A stretch of 64,000 bases of DNA. Origin: Octopus vulgaris. Lineage: Eukaryota. The position numbers and the translations under genes were made by a program. The notes below the pieces were generated by a model, which was given only the letters and a program-made list of their open reading frames with translations, was not told the origin of the DNA and searched no databases. Within the stretch, counting starts at the first letter, position 1. Each line of letters starts with the position of its first letter. Positions 1-11,859 of this stretch are shown here, in pieces. Location: the NCBI GenBank assembly GCA_951406725.2, contig OX597817.1, positions 78,988,001 to 79,052,000 of the forward strand, read 5' to 3'.

Positions 1-858
1 TGTGGAAGTTGAAAATGATTATCACCATCATGCAATCAGTGTTGTTCATTTCCATTGTACTGCAAAAACATGTCTGGCCATGGGGAAATATAACCTTACT
101 TGGAAACAGGTAAGAGGTAAGGAAACATAAATGACATCCAGCCATAGCAAAATTCAGCTTCAATAAATTCTGTTTGACCCATGTGTGCTAAGGAAAATGG
201 ATGCTAGAACAATGATGTAAGATGCTCAGATCAGATTCCTTGCAGCATTCTTTTACAGCTTTCTTTGTTCTGTGTTAAATTCTACCTCAGTTCTTTCTGA
301 ATTTATCTACTACTTCCACTCATAGTCAGTGATGCACATATCATTATCCATTTAGGGACATGCTCAACTGGTTACGGTCAAGCAATAGACAAGCAAATAT
401 GTGGTATTGAGCAGAATATTTACAGAGTAAAAATAGAATGCTTTTGGCAGGCAGAGATACAAAATAAAAAAAAAGACAAAAAAACAAACAAACACTCAAA
501 ACATGACTGAAACTGTAGAAGAATTCAAAGAGAAAAGGTAAAACAACAGAATGGACAAATGGAAAAAAATAAAAGTGCATTGCCAATTTATGAAACAAAT
601 GAAAAATATTGGAAGTGAAGCCCACTGGCTTTGGTCTGAGAAACATCATCATCGTTTAACATCTGCTTTCCAGGCTCCAGTCTGATCTGGCATGGTTTCT
701 ACTGCTGGGTGCCCTTTCTGACACCAATCACTCTGAGAGTATAGTGGATGTTTTTATGTGTGACTGGTACGAGGGCCGGTCTGGTGGTACTGGCATTGAC
801 CATGCTTGAATGATGCTTTTTATGTGCCACCAGTATGGGAGCAAGTCAGGTGGCACTT

Positions 859-1790
859 GCTGCTCAGGAACAAATCTGCTAAAGGCAAAGATTGACAAAA
901 CTTAGTCAAACAACGAATGTAGAATTTGCAGGAAAGGAGACGAAACCATCAATCACATTTTGAATGATTGCAGTACACTATCACAAAAGGAGTATAAGCG
1001 CAGACATGACTGTGTACGCAAAAGAGTGTAATTGGATGTTAGTCAAGTATGTGGCTTCAAAACAACAGAAAAATGATATGATCACCAACCAGAGGTTGTG
1101 ACAGAAAAAGGGAATTACTGGATATTGTGGGACATCACCATAAAGACTGCCCATACTGTTGTGGCAAGGAGATCAAACATGATTATAGAGGACAAAATAA
1201 ACAAACAGTGTATGTTCAAAGATGCTGCAATCCAATATGATGGCAGAGTTGATACCAAAGGAATTGAAAAACCTGAGAAATACCAGGAACTAGCCAGAGA
1301 GTTGATGAGCCTGTGGAAGATCAAGACAATGATTATTCCTGTAGTAATAGGTACACTAGGCACAACACACTAAGTGCTATCTAAAAGACTGAAAGAAAGT
1401 GGGATTGAAACACATTGTCAACCTCCAGAAAAGTACATCCTATACTTTTTACTCTTTTATTTGTTTCAGTCATTTGACTGTGGCCATGCTGGCATACCAC
1501 CTTTCATCGAGGAAATCAACCCCATGACTTATTCTTTGTAAGCCTAGTACTCTTTTTGCCGAACCACTAAGTTACAGGGACGTAAACACACCAGCATCAT
1601 TTGTCAAGCGATTTGGGGGGGAATAAACACAGACACACTCAAAGTTTTGGTCAGCCCGAGGTTATAGTAGAAGACACTTGCCCAAGGTGCTATGCAGAAG
1701 ACTGAACCCAGAACCATGTGTTTGGCAAGTAAGTTACTTACCACACAACCACTCCTAGAATCTTAAGAAAAATTCTTGAGATTTGAGGAG
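859..1790 (+). mobile_element. Decayed C-terminus of an R4/Dong-like non-LTR retrotransposon (CCHC knuckle plus restriction-like endonuclease), split by a SINE at ~1445-1756
   Basis: Translation gives AAQEQ..., CRICRKGDETINHILNDC (CCHC, from 918), YKRRHD (RHD at 1002), ILWDITIKT, KPEKYQELARE, IPVVIGTLG, and after the SINE RILRKILEI*. Frameshifts and stops present; short (TAA)n at ~1805. Confidence 0.85.
1445..1756 (-). mobile_element. tRNA-derived SINE family A (CORE-like), internally deleted
   Basis: Reverse complement matches the family A head and tail seen at 55218-55623. Confidence 0.8.
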
Positions 1791-1814
1791 ACATACACTA
1801 GTGTAATAATAATA

Positions 1815-2462
1815 GTTTCAAATTTAGGCACAAAGCCAGCAACATTAAGAGAAAGGTTTAAGGGTTACTATTGGCCCCAGTCTTTTACTTTATTTTATAG
1901 GCCACAGAATGATTAAGTTGACCTCAGCAGGACTCGAAATCAGAGCATAAAGAGCCAGAAGAAATGTCACCTACTCGCTCACAATTCTGCTACTCCAGCG
2001 TTTTAATAATGATAGTAATTGCTTCTACTATAGGCACAAGGTCTGAAATTTTGAGGGAGGGGACAACTTGATTGCATTGACCCCAGTACTTGATTGATAC
2101 TTATTTTATTGACCTCAAAAGGATTAAAAGACAAAGTTGGCCTTAACAGAATTTGAACTCAGAATGTAAAAGCAGACAATATATTGCTAAGCATGTTGTC
2201 AGGCATGCTACTGATTGTGCCAGATTGCCACAAATAATAATAAACTTTTCTACTCTAGGCACAAGGCCTGAAATGTTTGGGGAGGAGGCCAGTCGACTAG
2301 ATCGATCCCAGTAGGCAACTTAATTTATCGACCCCCTCCACCCACCCAAGGATGAAAGGCAGTTTCGACCTCGGCGAAATTTGAACTCAGAATATAAAGA
2401 GAGACGAAATACCGCTAAGCATTTCACCCAGCGCGTTAAAGTTTCTTATAGCTCACCACCTT
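1815..2462 (-). mobile_element. Three head-to-tail copies of SINE family C (Nin/Deu-like central domain)
   Basis: Repeated ggcacaagg...gaccccagta...ttgacctc...aatttgaactcagaa...ctaagcat blocks, the reverse complement of the 35238 copy with a different tail. Confidence 0.75.
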
Positions 2463-2479
2463 ACAAATAATATTATTAA

Positions 2480-2836
2480 TCTATATATATTAAGCTGAAG
2501 TAGTCTGTGTGCGGCAGGTTTGGTAGCCTTCAACTAACACTATCTCCTCTGAGACCCTGCGGCACTAGTTGACCAAAATTGAGAGTATGATAAAATTCAA
2601 ATCAGACCATGTTAAGACCAAAAATTATTTACATCAAAAAGGTGCTTATTTTCGATGAAAATCCCTATTTTTTACGATTTTTTTACTGCTGTGTTGCCAT
2701 TTTTTGGTGTATTTCAACCAGAAAAATGTTCACTTAAAGAGAATAGCAAGCTACATAATGCAAAACTTTTACTTTTCAAAAATTCCAATTTTAAAGGGTC
2801 AAAACAAACCTGAGCAACACTGGGCGATACTGCTAG
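2480..2836 (+). mobile_element. Non-autonomous Helitron
   Basis: Starts A|TCTATATATATT and ends with a decayed GC-rich hairpin (cctgagcaacactggg) then CTAG|T; no TSD. These are canonical Helitron termini. Confidence 0.75.
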
Positions 2837-3134
2837 TAATATGATAATAATAATAATGATAATGATAAGTTTTTTATTTAGCATGAAACCTTTAGAGAGC
2901 AGTTAATGAAAATATATTTGAAATAAATCTAAATTTAAACTAAATTACCAACTTCAGAATAATCAGATACTGCAACAGTTTTCCTTCTCTCTTCAAATCA
3001 GCATGATTCCAATTATTTTATTGTCCAGTCTTTTACCTGCCAGATCAGATAAGCAATGGAATTACCAAAGACTGCTGATTTAAAACGTCTGATAAAACAG
3101 ATTCAGCAGGTCTTTGTCAACTTTATCTCACATC

Positions 3135-3472
3135 TTTCTGTCTCTCTCTCTCTCTCTCTCTGTCACTTTCTGTAACTTTGTCTCTGTCTTGTCTGATTCT
3201 CTCTCTCTCCATCTCTCTCTTTCTCCCTCTCTCTCCCTTTCTCTCCCTCTTCCCCTCTTTCTCCCCCTTCTCTCTTCCCTCTTTCCTGCTCTCTCTCCTT
3301 TTCTCTCCCTCTCTCTCTCCCCTTCTCTCTGTCTCTGTCTCCCTTCTCTCTCTTTCTCTCCTTCTCTCTCTCCCTCTCACCTCTCGTTCTCTGTGTCTGT
3401 CTCTCTCCCTCTCTGCTTCTATCTATCTCTCCCTCTCCCTTTCTCTCTCTCTCTCTCTCTCTCACTCTCTCT
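3135..3472. repeat. (CT)n/(CCT)-rich polypyrimidine tract
   Basis: Direct reading; source of the SL/RE-rich spurious ORFs. Confidence 0.95.
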
Positions 3473-4702
3473 TTTACCGTAAAGAATAAGAAGCTCGTAT
3501 ATGATCTTTGTGCTTCCTCCATTTCCTTCAGACTAGTAACTTCTGTAAGAATCTGCAGCAGTTGTTAAGAAACAAATAACATTTAATGGTAATGATCCAT
3601 AAAGTAAACAGTTAATTAATGTCTAAGATTCTTTTAAAGATACTTTATTATATATTCATTGTCATCAACATTCTCCCTGTCACCACCTCTGTCACCATCG
3701 CCACCTCTGTTGCCCTTGCCATCGCCACATTCACTATGGTAACTGTCAATGTCGTAATTGTCATCACTACCATTATCATCGTTTTAACATCCACTTTTTC
3801 ATGCTTGCATGGATCAGACAGAATTTGTTGGGGCAGATTTTCTGAGTGGATGCTCTTCCTGTTGCTAACCATCACCTGTTTCCAAGAAAGTTAATATTTC
3901 CCCATGTCCAGGCATGTTTACTGTGAACATTGGAAGTTAATGACAATGTCTGTATGACAGTGATACACGTTGATTACTATCATGCACATGCACTCAAACA
4001 TACACACATATGCACACACGCAGACACACACACACACCGAGTTATGGGTGCATTGTGAAGATGTTTGTCTACCAACCAATGGTTTCAAGTTCAGAATCAC
4101 TGCATGACACCTTGAGCAAGTATCTTCAACCAATCCAAGCATTGTGAGTGGATTTAGTAAAAGATACTGAAAGAAGCATGCTGTATATATGTGTGTGTGT
4201 GTGTGTGTGTGTTTGTGCCATGGAAAACCAAATTTAGTAGTAAAGCTTGAGTTGGCCTGAGCCTGTGGCTAAAGACAGTTGCATGAGTTACTGTATACTG
4301 GGTTCCAACAAACCAATAATATATGTGATTGCAAATCTAAATTCTTAACCATGTTTCCAAGTCTTACACCATTTTTATGAACGACCTTCTTAAATGGAAG
4401 GTAAATTTATTTAAAGATGTATTGATGCTTTTATGTAAGTTATATTTCAAGGATAAACAAGAAAAATTAAATTGGGGAAAAATATACGTAGATTTAAAAA
4501 ATGCAATAAGAAAAAAATCCATGATTGTAGACTGAAAGAATAATGGAAAATGTAAATCATAAATCCATTTGTGTGGATTTGTTTATATTAAAAAAGAGCA
4601 TAGTTGCACTTTTTCTGTGTACAAGTAGATAGATGATGGACAACTAAAGATTCAGACAGATAGATAGATTGCTATATAGATAGACAGAGAGAGAAATAGA
4701 TA

Positions 4703-4903
4703 CTCTTTTACTCTTTTACTTGTTTTAGTCATTTGACTGCGGCCATGCTGGAGCACCACCTTTAGTCGAGCAAATCGACCCCGGGATTTATTCTTTGTAA
4801 GCCCAGTACTTATTCTATCGGTCTCTTTTGCTGAACCGCTAAATGATGGGGACGTAAACACACCAGCATCGGTTGTCAAGCAATGCTAGGGGGACAAACC
4901 CAA

Positions 4904-4951
<48 letters not shown>

Positions 4952-5113
4952 GACAGGCTTCTTTCAGTTTCAATCTACCAAATCCACTCACAAGGCATTG
5001 GTCGGCCTGGGGCTATAGCAGAAGACACTTGCCCAAGATGCCACGCAGTAGGACTGAACCCAGAACCATGTGGTTGGTTAGCAAGCTACTTACCACACAG
5101 CCACTCCTGCGCC
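4703..5113 (-). mobile_element. Full-length SINE family A
   Basis: tRNA-like A/B boxes (TGGCTGTGTGG, GGTTCAGTCC), CORE-like segment, internal (TA)/(TG) tract, tail GGTGCTCCAGCATGGCCGCAGTCAAATGACT and (TAAAAGAG)n. Confidence 0.9.
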
Positions 5114-5595
5114 TAGATAGATTAATTATTCCACAGATAGACAAGTATATATATATATGTATGTATTTATGTATATACACATCAACCCCAATCCTTATTT
5201 AATAATCTGGAATCATTTTATCAACCTCTGCTTGTCAAACTATTAAGTTACAGGATGGAAATATAAACAGGGACCTAGATACAGAAATCGAGTCATATAT
5301 ACATGTGTGTGCATGCACACGCATGCATGTGTGTGTTAGCAACAGAGGTAATATTAATACTGAGATCATTTATATCCCAAGCTGAGACCACCAGATCATA
5401 TGATATCAACCTTGTTTTGTCTTATCAATGATGAACACACAACTGCTAGAAACAGCAGTGATTCACCTCCACATCAGTGATATATTGATTGACAATGCCA
5501 GCAAAGATGCTGGTGCCAGAATTACTTAGCTCGTTGAAAAATTTTAAAAATTGGCCAATTAATTTAAAATATGCATATGCATGTATGTATCTATG

Positions 5596-5625
<30 letters not shown>

Positions 5626-5626
<1 letters not shown>

Positions 5627-5893
5627 CACCGTGATCACTGTGACTGACCAGGCTATCAGATGTTTGCTACACATCGCTGGTCACAATGCACTTTGCATTG
5701 TTTTAGCCTTCAAATGACATCACCCCACTGGCTAAGTGAGCAGGCCAACAGAAAAAGAGTGAGAGAAATTTGTGTCTCGTGGAGCTTTAGGTGTTTTCGC
5801 TCAATAAACACTCACTGCGCCCGGACTGGGAATCGAAACCGCGATCCTATTACTGTGAGTCTGCTGCCCTAACTACTGGGCCATTGTGCCTCT
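5626..5893 (-). mobile_element. SINE family B head with tail type 1
   Basis: Head matches GAGGCGCAATGGCCCAGTGGTTAGGGCAGCGGAC; tail ends ...cctggtcagtcacagtgatcacggtga, unlike the tail at 15600. Confidence 0.75.
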
Positions 5894-6714
5894 ATATATA
5901 TATATATATTATATATATATATATATTATATATATATATACATACACACACACATATATATATATATATATAAATGGTTGTACATTTTATTAGCCAAAAC
6001 AATGCAAGTTATAAGAAACAGTGCAAGCCGATTATTTGCACTTTTATCTTCTTCATGAAATCTTGGAAGAAATGGTGTTGTGAGCTGGCTTCTCTGTTTT
6101 TGGTGTGTGTGAATTTTTTGCATGCACAGGATAGCATTGCTTTATTAGCCAATCTGCAGTGTGAATTTGGTTATGTAGTTAGAAAAGTTGGATTTTTTTA
6201 AAAATCAGTTAGTGCCCACAGTAAGTTCTCCAGCTGATAACATGGTTATCATGTCATGAAGGTGCTTAAATTCCAACATAATGTAACAGGATGATGTAAC
6301 TGAAAATCTGAAATACACAAACATAAACATCGTAGAGTATATAATATTGTGGAGCATATGATAAACGAAAATCATTGAGCATATGATAAGCAAAATGCCA
6401 AAGAGGTGTGAGACGCAAAGAATTATAATATTTCAATAGGGGTTACAGCTGTTTCATAACTTACTCCAAGTTACTTCATTATCTTCAATGAATATTTATC
6501 TATCTATCTATATATATATACACACACATATATATATACATATATACAAACACTCACAAATATATATGTATGTGTATATGTAGATGAAAATGTAATGATA
6601 GAACTTATTAGGTAAGTTGGCAAGTAGGTACACAGAAAGAATGAAAATAAGAAAGACAGACAGACAGATAAATAGATAAATGGGTAAATGGATTGATAGA
6701 CAGACAAATAGAGA

Positions 6715-6719
6715 GATAA

Positions 6720-6752
<33 letters not shown>

Positions 6753-6841
6753 GAGAGAGAGAGAGGTAGGTAGGTAGGTAGGTATGTTGGTAGGTAGGTA
6801 GATAGATAGATAGATAGATAGATTTATAGATAGATTGATAA

Positions 6842-6898
<57 letters not shown>

Positions 6899-6916
6899 TA
6901 GATAGATAGATAGATA
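6715..6916. repeat. Compound (TA)n/(GA)n/(GGTA)n/(GATA)n microsatellite
   Basis: Direct reading. Confidence 0.95.
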
Positions 6917-7358
6917 AATTGGTAGAGAGTTAAAAAGAGAGATATTTTAAAGGAGAAATATGGTTATGTTTGCATCTTTCCATATATTACTGCACTCCAC
7001 ATAAGTAAGAAGGATGTATTTATTTCAAGGATGAATTTAAAGTTATGTATTTATATATTTTATTTCTTTATTTTTTTATCGAAAAGTAAACAAAATACAA
7101 AGATTTTAAGGAAAAATAACTCCCCGATATGAGTTACAAAGCTGCATTTGTCAGCAGAATACACTGGGGATTGATTTAGTTGTAAGGTTTTACATATATA
7201 TATATAGATTATTTATATGTATAAAAAAGCTATTCTTCTTCTTACTATTATTATTATTATTATTAATATTGTTGTTCTTAGTAGTATCACCAACATCATC
7301 ACCATCAACATCATCATCAATATCATCATCATTAGTATTATCATAATTGTTGTAGTTA

Positions 7359-7395
<37 letters not shown>

Positions 7396-7714
7396 CATCA
7401 TTATTATTATGTGGGTTCAGATTGGATTGGTAACGTAGTTGTAAAATAATTGAATGGAAGAAAGTAAAAAAGTAAAAAATGTTTGTTTCCCTTACAACTG
7501 CACCTAGTGACTTTGTTTGTTAAGTTAGATAAGTTTATTTCTCACCTCACTTTATATAGCCTCTGGACCATCATTTTCCTCCATAATCAATTGTCCATCA
7601 GATTCACACCTTGTAAAAGAAGCAAAACTAAAAATTCCTCTGTTTCTCTCTCTCTTTCTCTCACTTTTTCTTATATCTATCTATCTCTATATATATACAT
7701 ACATATTGTGTGTG

Positions 7715-7748
<34 letters not shown>

Positions 7749-7771
7749 TTTGTATATATACATGTATGTAT

Positions 7772-7812
<41 letters not shown>

Positions 7813-7822
7813 CATATGTATA

Positions 7823-7887
<65 letters not shown>

Positions 7888-8736
7888 CCCTTTTTCTTCT
7901 CTTATAATGGTTACTGGAGAAATTTTCATTGAATTTCAAGTACAGTTCTTCATTTTTTTTTTTCCATTTTTATTTTTTTGTAGTGTTTGGTTAAGGTTGG
8001 ATAGAATTAATTTATTTCTCTTCTCTGTTATTTGGCTCTTTTTCTATATTTTTTTTGCATTGCAGATCGTTTTTATTTTTTATTCTAATTAATGTTGTTA
8101 TTCTAATTTATTTTATTTAAAACAAATTTCTTTTGTTTGCCATTACTTTTCTTCTTGTATTTATTTTTTATTGAAAAAAACCCTTTCCCATCACCAAAAA
8201 AAAAAACAAGAAAAATCAACAATGACACTTATGCAATACTTTCTTTAGTGGCTATTGATATACTTTCTATGTATGAGGATGAGACGATGGGTGGAGAAAT
8301 TTCAGTTTCTGAAGTACAACATACATAAATAATTTATCTATGGATTTGTAAGGTTTACGCTCTTTTATTTTTTTCAGGGCTGTCAGAGGCGTTTGTTAGG
8401 ATGGTGAAATGTTGAAATGAAATGGTGAATGGTAAATAATTATACATACTTACACACATATACACACTCATTTCTATAAAAGAAATTTTATATATTCATA
8501 TATATAAGTTTGTGTGTGTGTATATGTGCGCGCGCGTGTGTGTGTGTATGTGCGCGCATGTGTGTGTGTGTAGGCACAGGCATGATTCTGTGGTTAAGAA
8601 ATTGATTCCCAACCATGTTCTTCATGGCTCGATCCTACAGTGTGTCATCTTGAACAAGTGCCTTTTACTATAGCACCAGGCTGGTCAATGCCTTCTGTGT
8701 GAATTTGGTAGACAGAAACTGAAAGAAGCTCGTGAT

Positions 8737-8771
<35 letters not shown>

Positions 8772-8997
8772 AGGAGGCGCAATGGCCCAGTGGTTAGGGC
8801 AGCGGACTTGCGGTCGGAGGATCGCGGTTTCGATTCCCAGACCGGGCGTTGTGTGTGTTTATTGAGCGAAAACACCTAAAAGCTCCACGAGGCTCTGGCA
8901 GGGGATGGTGGTGATCCCTGCTGTACTCTTTCACCACTCTAAAAGGCGGTGCTCCAGCATGGCCGCAGTCAAATGACTGAAACAAGTACAAAAAAAA
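8772..8997 (+). mobile_element. Chimeric SINE: family B head fused to family A tail
   Basis: 8772-8940 is B sequence; from 8941 aaaaggcggtgctccagcatggccgcagtcaaatgactgaaacaagta is the A tail. Confidence 0.85.
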
Positions 8998-9095
8998 TAT
9001 ATATATCTGTAAATATTATTTGTGATAATTATTCGGTAGCCATGATAAACTCCTTTTGTTTAATGGTAATTTTCATAGCATTTTTTCGATGGCTG

Positions 9096-9156
9096 GATAA
9101 CTGAAGAGATGGCGGCATGGATTTCTGCCCCGACATCTGAAACTCAGAGTTTTATC
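9096..9156 (+). ncRNA. Type I hammerhead ribozyme motif
   Basis: GATAA-CTGAAGA-[GATGgCGG...CCGaCATC]t-GAAA-CTC a GAG-TT-TTATC. Stem I GATAA/TTATC; predicted GUU cleavage after 9151; one extra base before GAAA. Confidence 0.7.
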
Positions 9157-9256
9157 ATGGCTACTGAATAATTGTCACATATTATATTTACAGATAAATT
9201 CCTCTATTTACATAATATCGAGGTCTCTCATTCTTTTGTTGTCTTACTTTTTCTGT

Positions 9257-9298
<42 letters not shown>

Positions 9299-9744
9299 AT
9301 ATTTATGTGTGTGTGTGTGTTTTTGTATCTGTTTTTGTTCCCCCAACATTGTTTGAAAACCAATTTTGGTGTGTTTGCATCCTTGTAGCTTAGCAGCTTG
9401 GTAAAAGCGGCCAGTAGAATAAGTACTGGGCTTACAAAGAATAAGTCCCGGGGTTAATTTCTTTAACTAAATGCTCTTTATAGCAGTGCTTCAGCATGGC
9501 TGCAGTCAGATGACTGAAATATGTAAAAGAATAAAAGAATAAATACCCCATGATCCAAGTAAGCATGGAAAAGTGGACATTAAAATGATGATTTTTACAG
9601 ATAGATAGACTAATAGATACCTCCACACATGTGCATATGGGCAATCATACATACATATCTTCATGCATAAATTAATATATACATACATAACGCATACACA
9701 TAAACATATGCATGTACTTGCATATTCATTAGTGGAACAGTGGA

Positions 9745-10028
9745 ATGTTAAAAGCACCATCTGAGCATGATCATTGCCAGAGCAGCTGACTGGCTACTGT
9801 GTCGGTGGCACATAAAAAGCCCCATTCGAGCGTGATCGTTACCAGCGTCACCTTACTGGCACTTGTGCTGGTGGCAAGTCGTTGCCAGTGCTGCTGGACT
9901 GGCTCCTGTGCAGGTGGCATGTAAAAACACCATTCGAGCATGGCCATCACAAGTACCACTAGACTGGCCCTCATGCCGGTGGCACGTAAAAGCACCCACT
10001 ACACTCTTGGAGTAGTTGGCATTAGGAA
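9745..10028 (+). mobile_element. RTE-associated 3'-UTR/SINE fragment with internal tandem subrepeats
   Basis: Repeated ggtggca(c/t)gtaaaa(a)gcac(c/a)ttcgagc units followed by cactacactcttggagtagttggcattaggaa, as in the RTE tail at 42160-42397. Confidence 0.65.
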
Positions 10029-11388
10029 TGAAGTAGTTTGATAAAACATTATCATGTGACTTCTAAATTTGATCAACAGGATCTTGTTTCTCATCAGATG
10101 ATTCTATAATTACTCCAGATTGAAAGAGATAGCTTACCTCCCATTCATTCATGAGAAAAAAGCCGTTGGAAAGTGAGTGCTAAAACTCAAAACGGTTAAA
10201 ACATATAGTAACATACAATAAGACATTATAATAAAATATTAAGATATATTAAATACATTATAATACATTATAGAGGAGTGGCTGTGTGGTAAGTAGCTTG
10301 CTTACCAACCATATGGTTCTGGGTTCAGTCCCACTGCATGGCACTTTGGGCAAGTGTCTTCTATAGCCTTGGGCCGACCAAAGCCTTGTGAGTGGATTTG
10401 GTAGACGGAAACTGAAAGAAGCCTGTCGTGTATATATATATATATATGTGTGTGTTTGTGTGTCTGTCCTCCCAACATTGCTCGACAACCGATGCTGGTG
10501 TGTTTACATCCCTGTAACTTAGCGGTTCAGCAAAAGAGACCGATAGAATAAGTACTAGGCTTACAACGAATAAGTCCTGGGGTCGATTTGCTCAACTAAA
10601 GGTGGTGCTCCAGCATGGCCACAGACAAATGAGTGAAACAAGTAAAAGAGTAAAATAGTAAAGAGTATATGTATCTATAGCAATTAAAACCAAAAAGGTA
10701 AAATTGATAAATGAGGGTGCACAATAGCACCTACAGTTGCAAGAAATGAGAGCTAAAATTTAACTTGAACAGCCACACAAAAGCACTAACCTCATGAAAT
10801 ATTTGGGACAGTGAGCGGCAAGCCACAAAATCTTTCACTGGTGAGATACACTCACAGAATAAAGTAGTTTGATAAAACATTATCATGTGATTTCGAAATT
10901 TCACTAAGTTTTAGCTCTCATTTCTAGCAATTTTAGGTGCTATTTTGCATCCTCATTTATTAATTTTACCATTTTGGTTTTAATTTCTATAGCCATCTAT
11001 ATTATAATGTATTTAATATACTTAATGTATTACTATATCATCTTATTGTATGTTACTATTCACTTTAATCATTTTGAATTTTAGCATTTACTTTTCGACA
11101 TTTTTCTTCTCATGAACGAATGGGAAGCAGGTTATCTCTTTTAACCCAGAGTAATTGTAGAAACGTCTGTTGCTAAACAAGATCCTGTTGATCAAATTTC
11201 AAAATCACATGATAACATTTTATCAAACTACTTCATTCTGTGAGTGTATCTCACCAATAAAAGATGTCGTGCCTCGCTGCTCACAGTCTCAAATAATTCA
11301 TGAGGTTAGTGCTTTTGTGAGGCTGTTTAAGTTAAATTTTAGCTGTCATTTCTTGCAATTGTAGATGCTATTTTGCTCCCTCATTTAT
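10026..11388. repeat. ~430-bp unit present as ~1.1 forward copies, then ~1.1 inverted copies
   Basis: gaat(g/a)aagtagtttgataaaacattatcatgtga at 10026 and 10857; ttttagct(c/g)tcatttc at 10909 and 11337; 10909-11388 is the reverse complement of the forward unit. Confidence 0.85.
10274..10665 (+). mobile_element. Near full-length SINE family A inserted in the 430-bp unit
   Basis: Matches family A; absent from the inverted copy of the unit. Confidence 0.9.
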
Positions 11389-11391
11389 ACA

Positions 11392-11463
<72 letters not shown>

Positions 11464-11859
11464 AAAACATAAAAGACTTGTTTTATTTATATTCCTGAGC
11501 GCCATACTAATACAATTGTTTGTTTGTATTCCACCTGCCTTCGTCTTTTGTTTATTTTCATAAAGCTTCCCGTTATATATATATATAACATAGATGAGAA
11601 TCAGATATTCTCCATATAGCATACATCTAGTAGTGCTCAAGAGGTTTAAACTTGACCAGGTAGAGGATTAAATGTAAGGATCAGCAAATTAGGCAGATCA
11701 ATAGACAAAGAATATTTAATACATGAAATGCAAAAAAAATGTATATATGTTTAGATACAATATGACCCAACTTGCACAGAATAGAAATGATCCCAGGAAT
11801 TAAAGGGGATGAAGAAAAGAGTTGATTCTGTGGACTCAATGGTCCAAAATAATGATTGT

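Noticed and set aside
3114-3489. SL- and RE-rich ORFs
   Set aside because: (CT)n repeat.
4652-5202. Recurring ORFs such as KETDRISTGLTKNKS and QASFSFRLPNPLTRLWSA
   Set aside because: Chance translations of SINE family A, not a protein family.
8249-8431. Possible plus-strand exons (VAIDILSMYEDETMGGEISVSEVQHT* and an acceptor at 8377)
   Set aside because: The implied intron would be only ~30 bp, the second block has stops in all frames, and there is no homology cue.
8772-8848. tRNA-like sequence with A and B boxes
   Set aside because: Continues into a SINE body and recurs in several decayed copies; a SINE head, not a tRNA gene.
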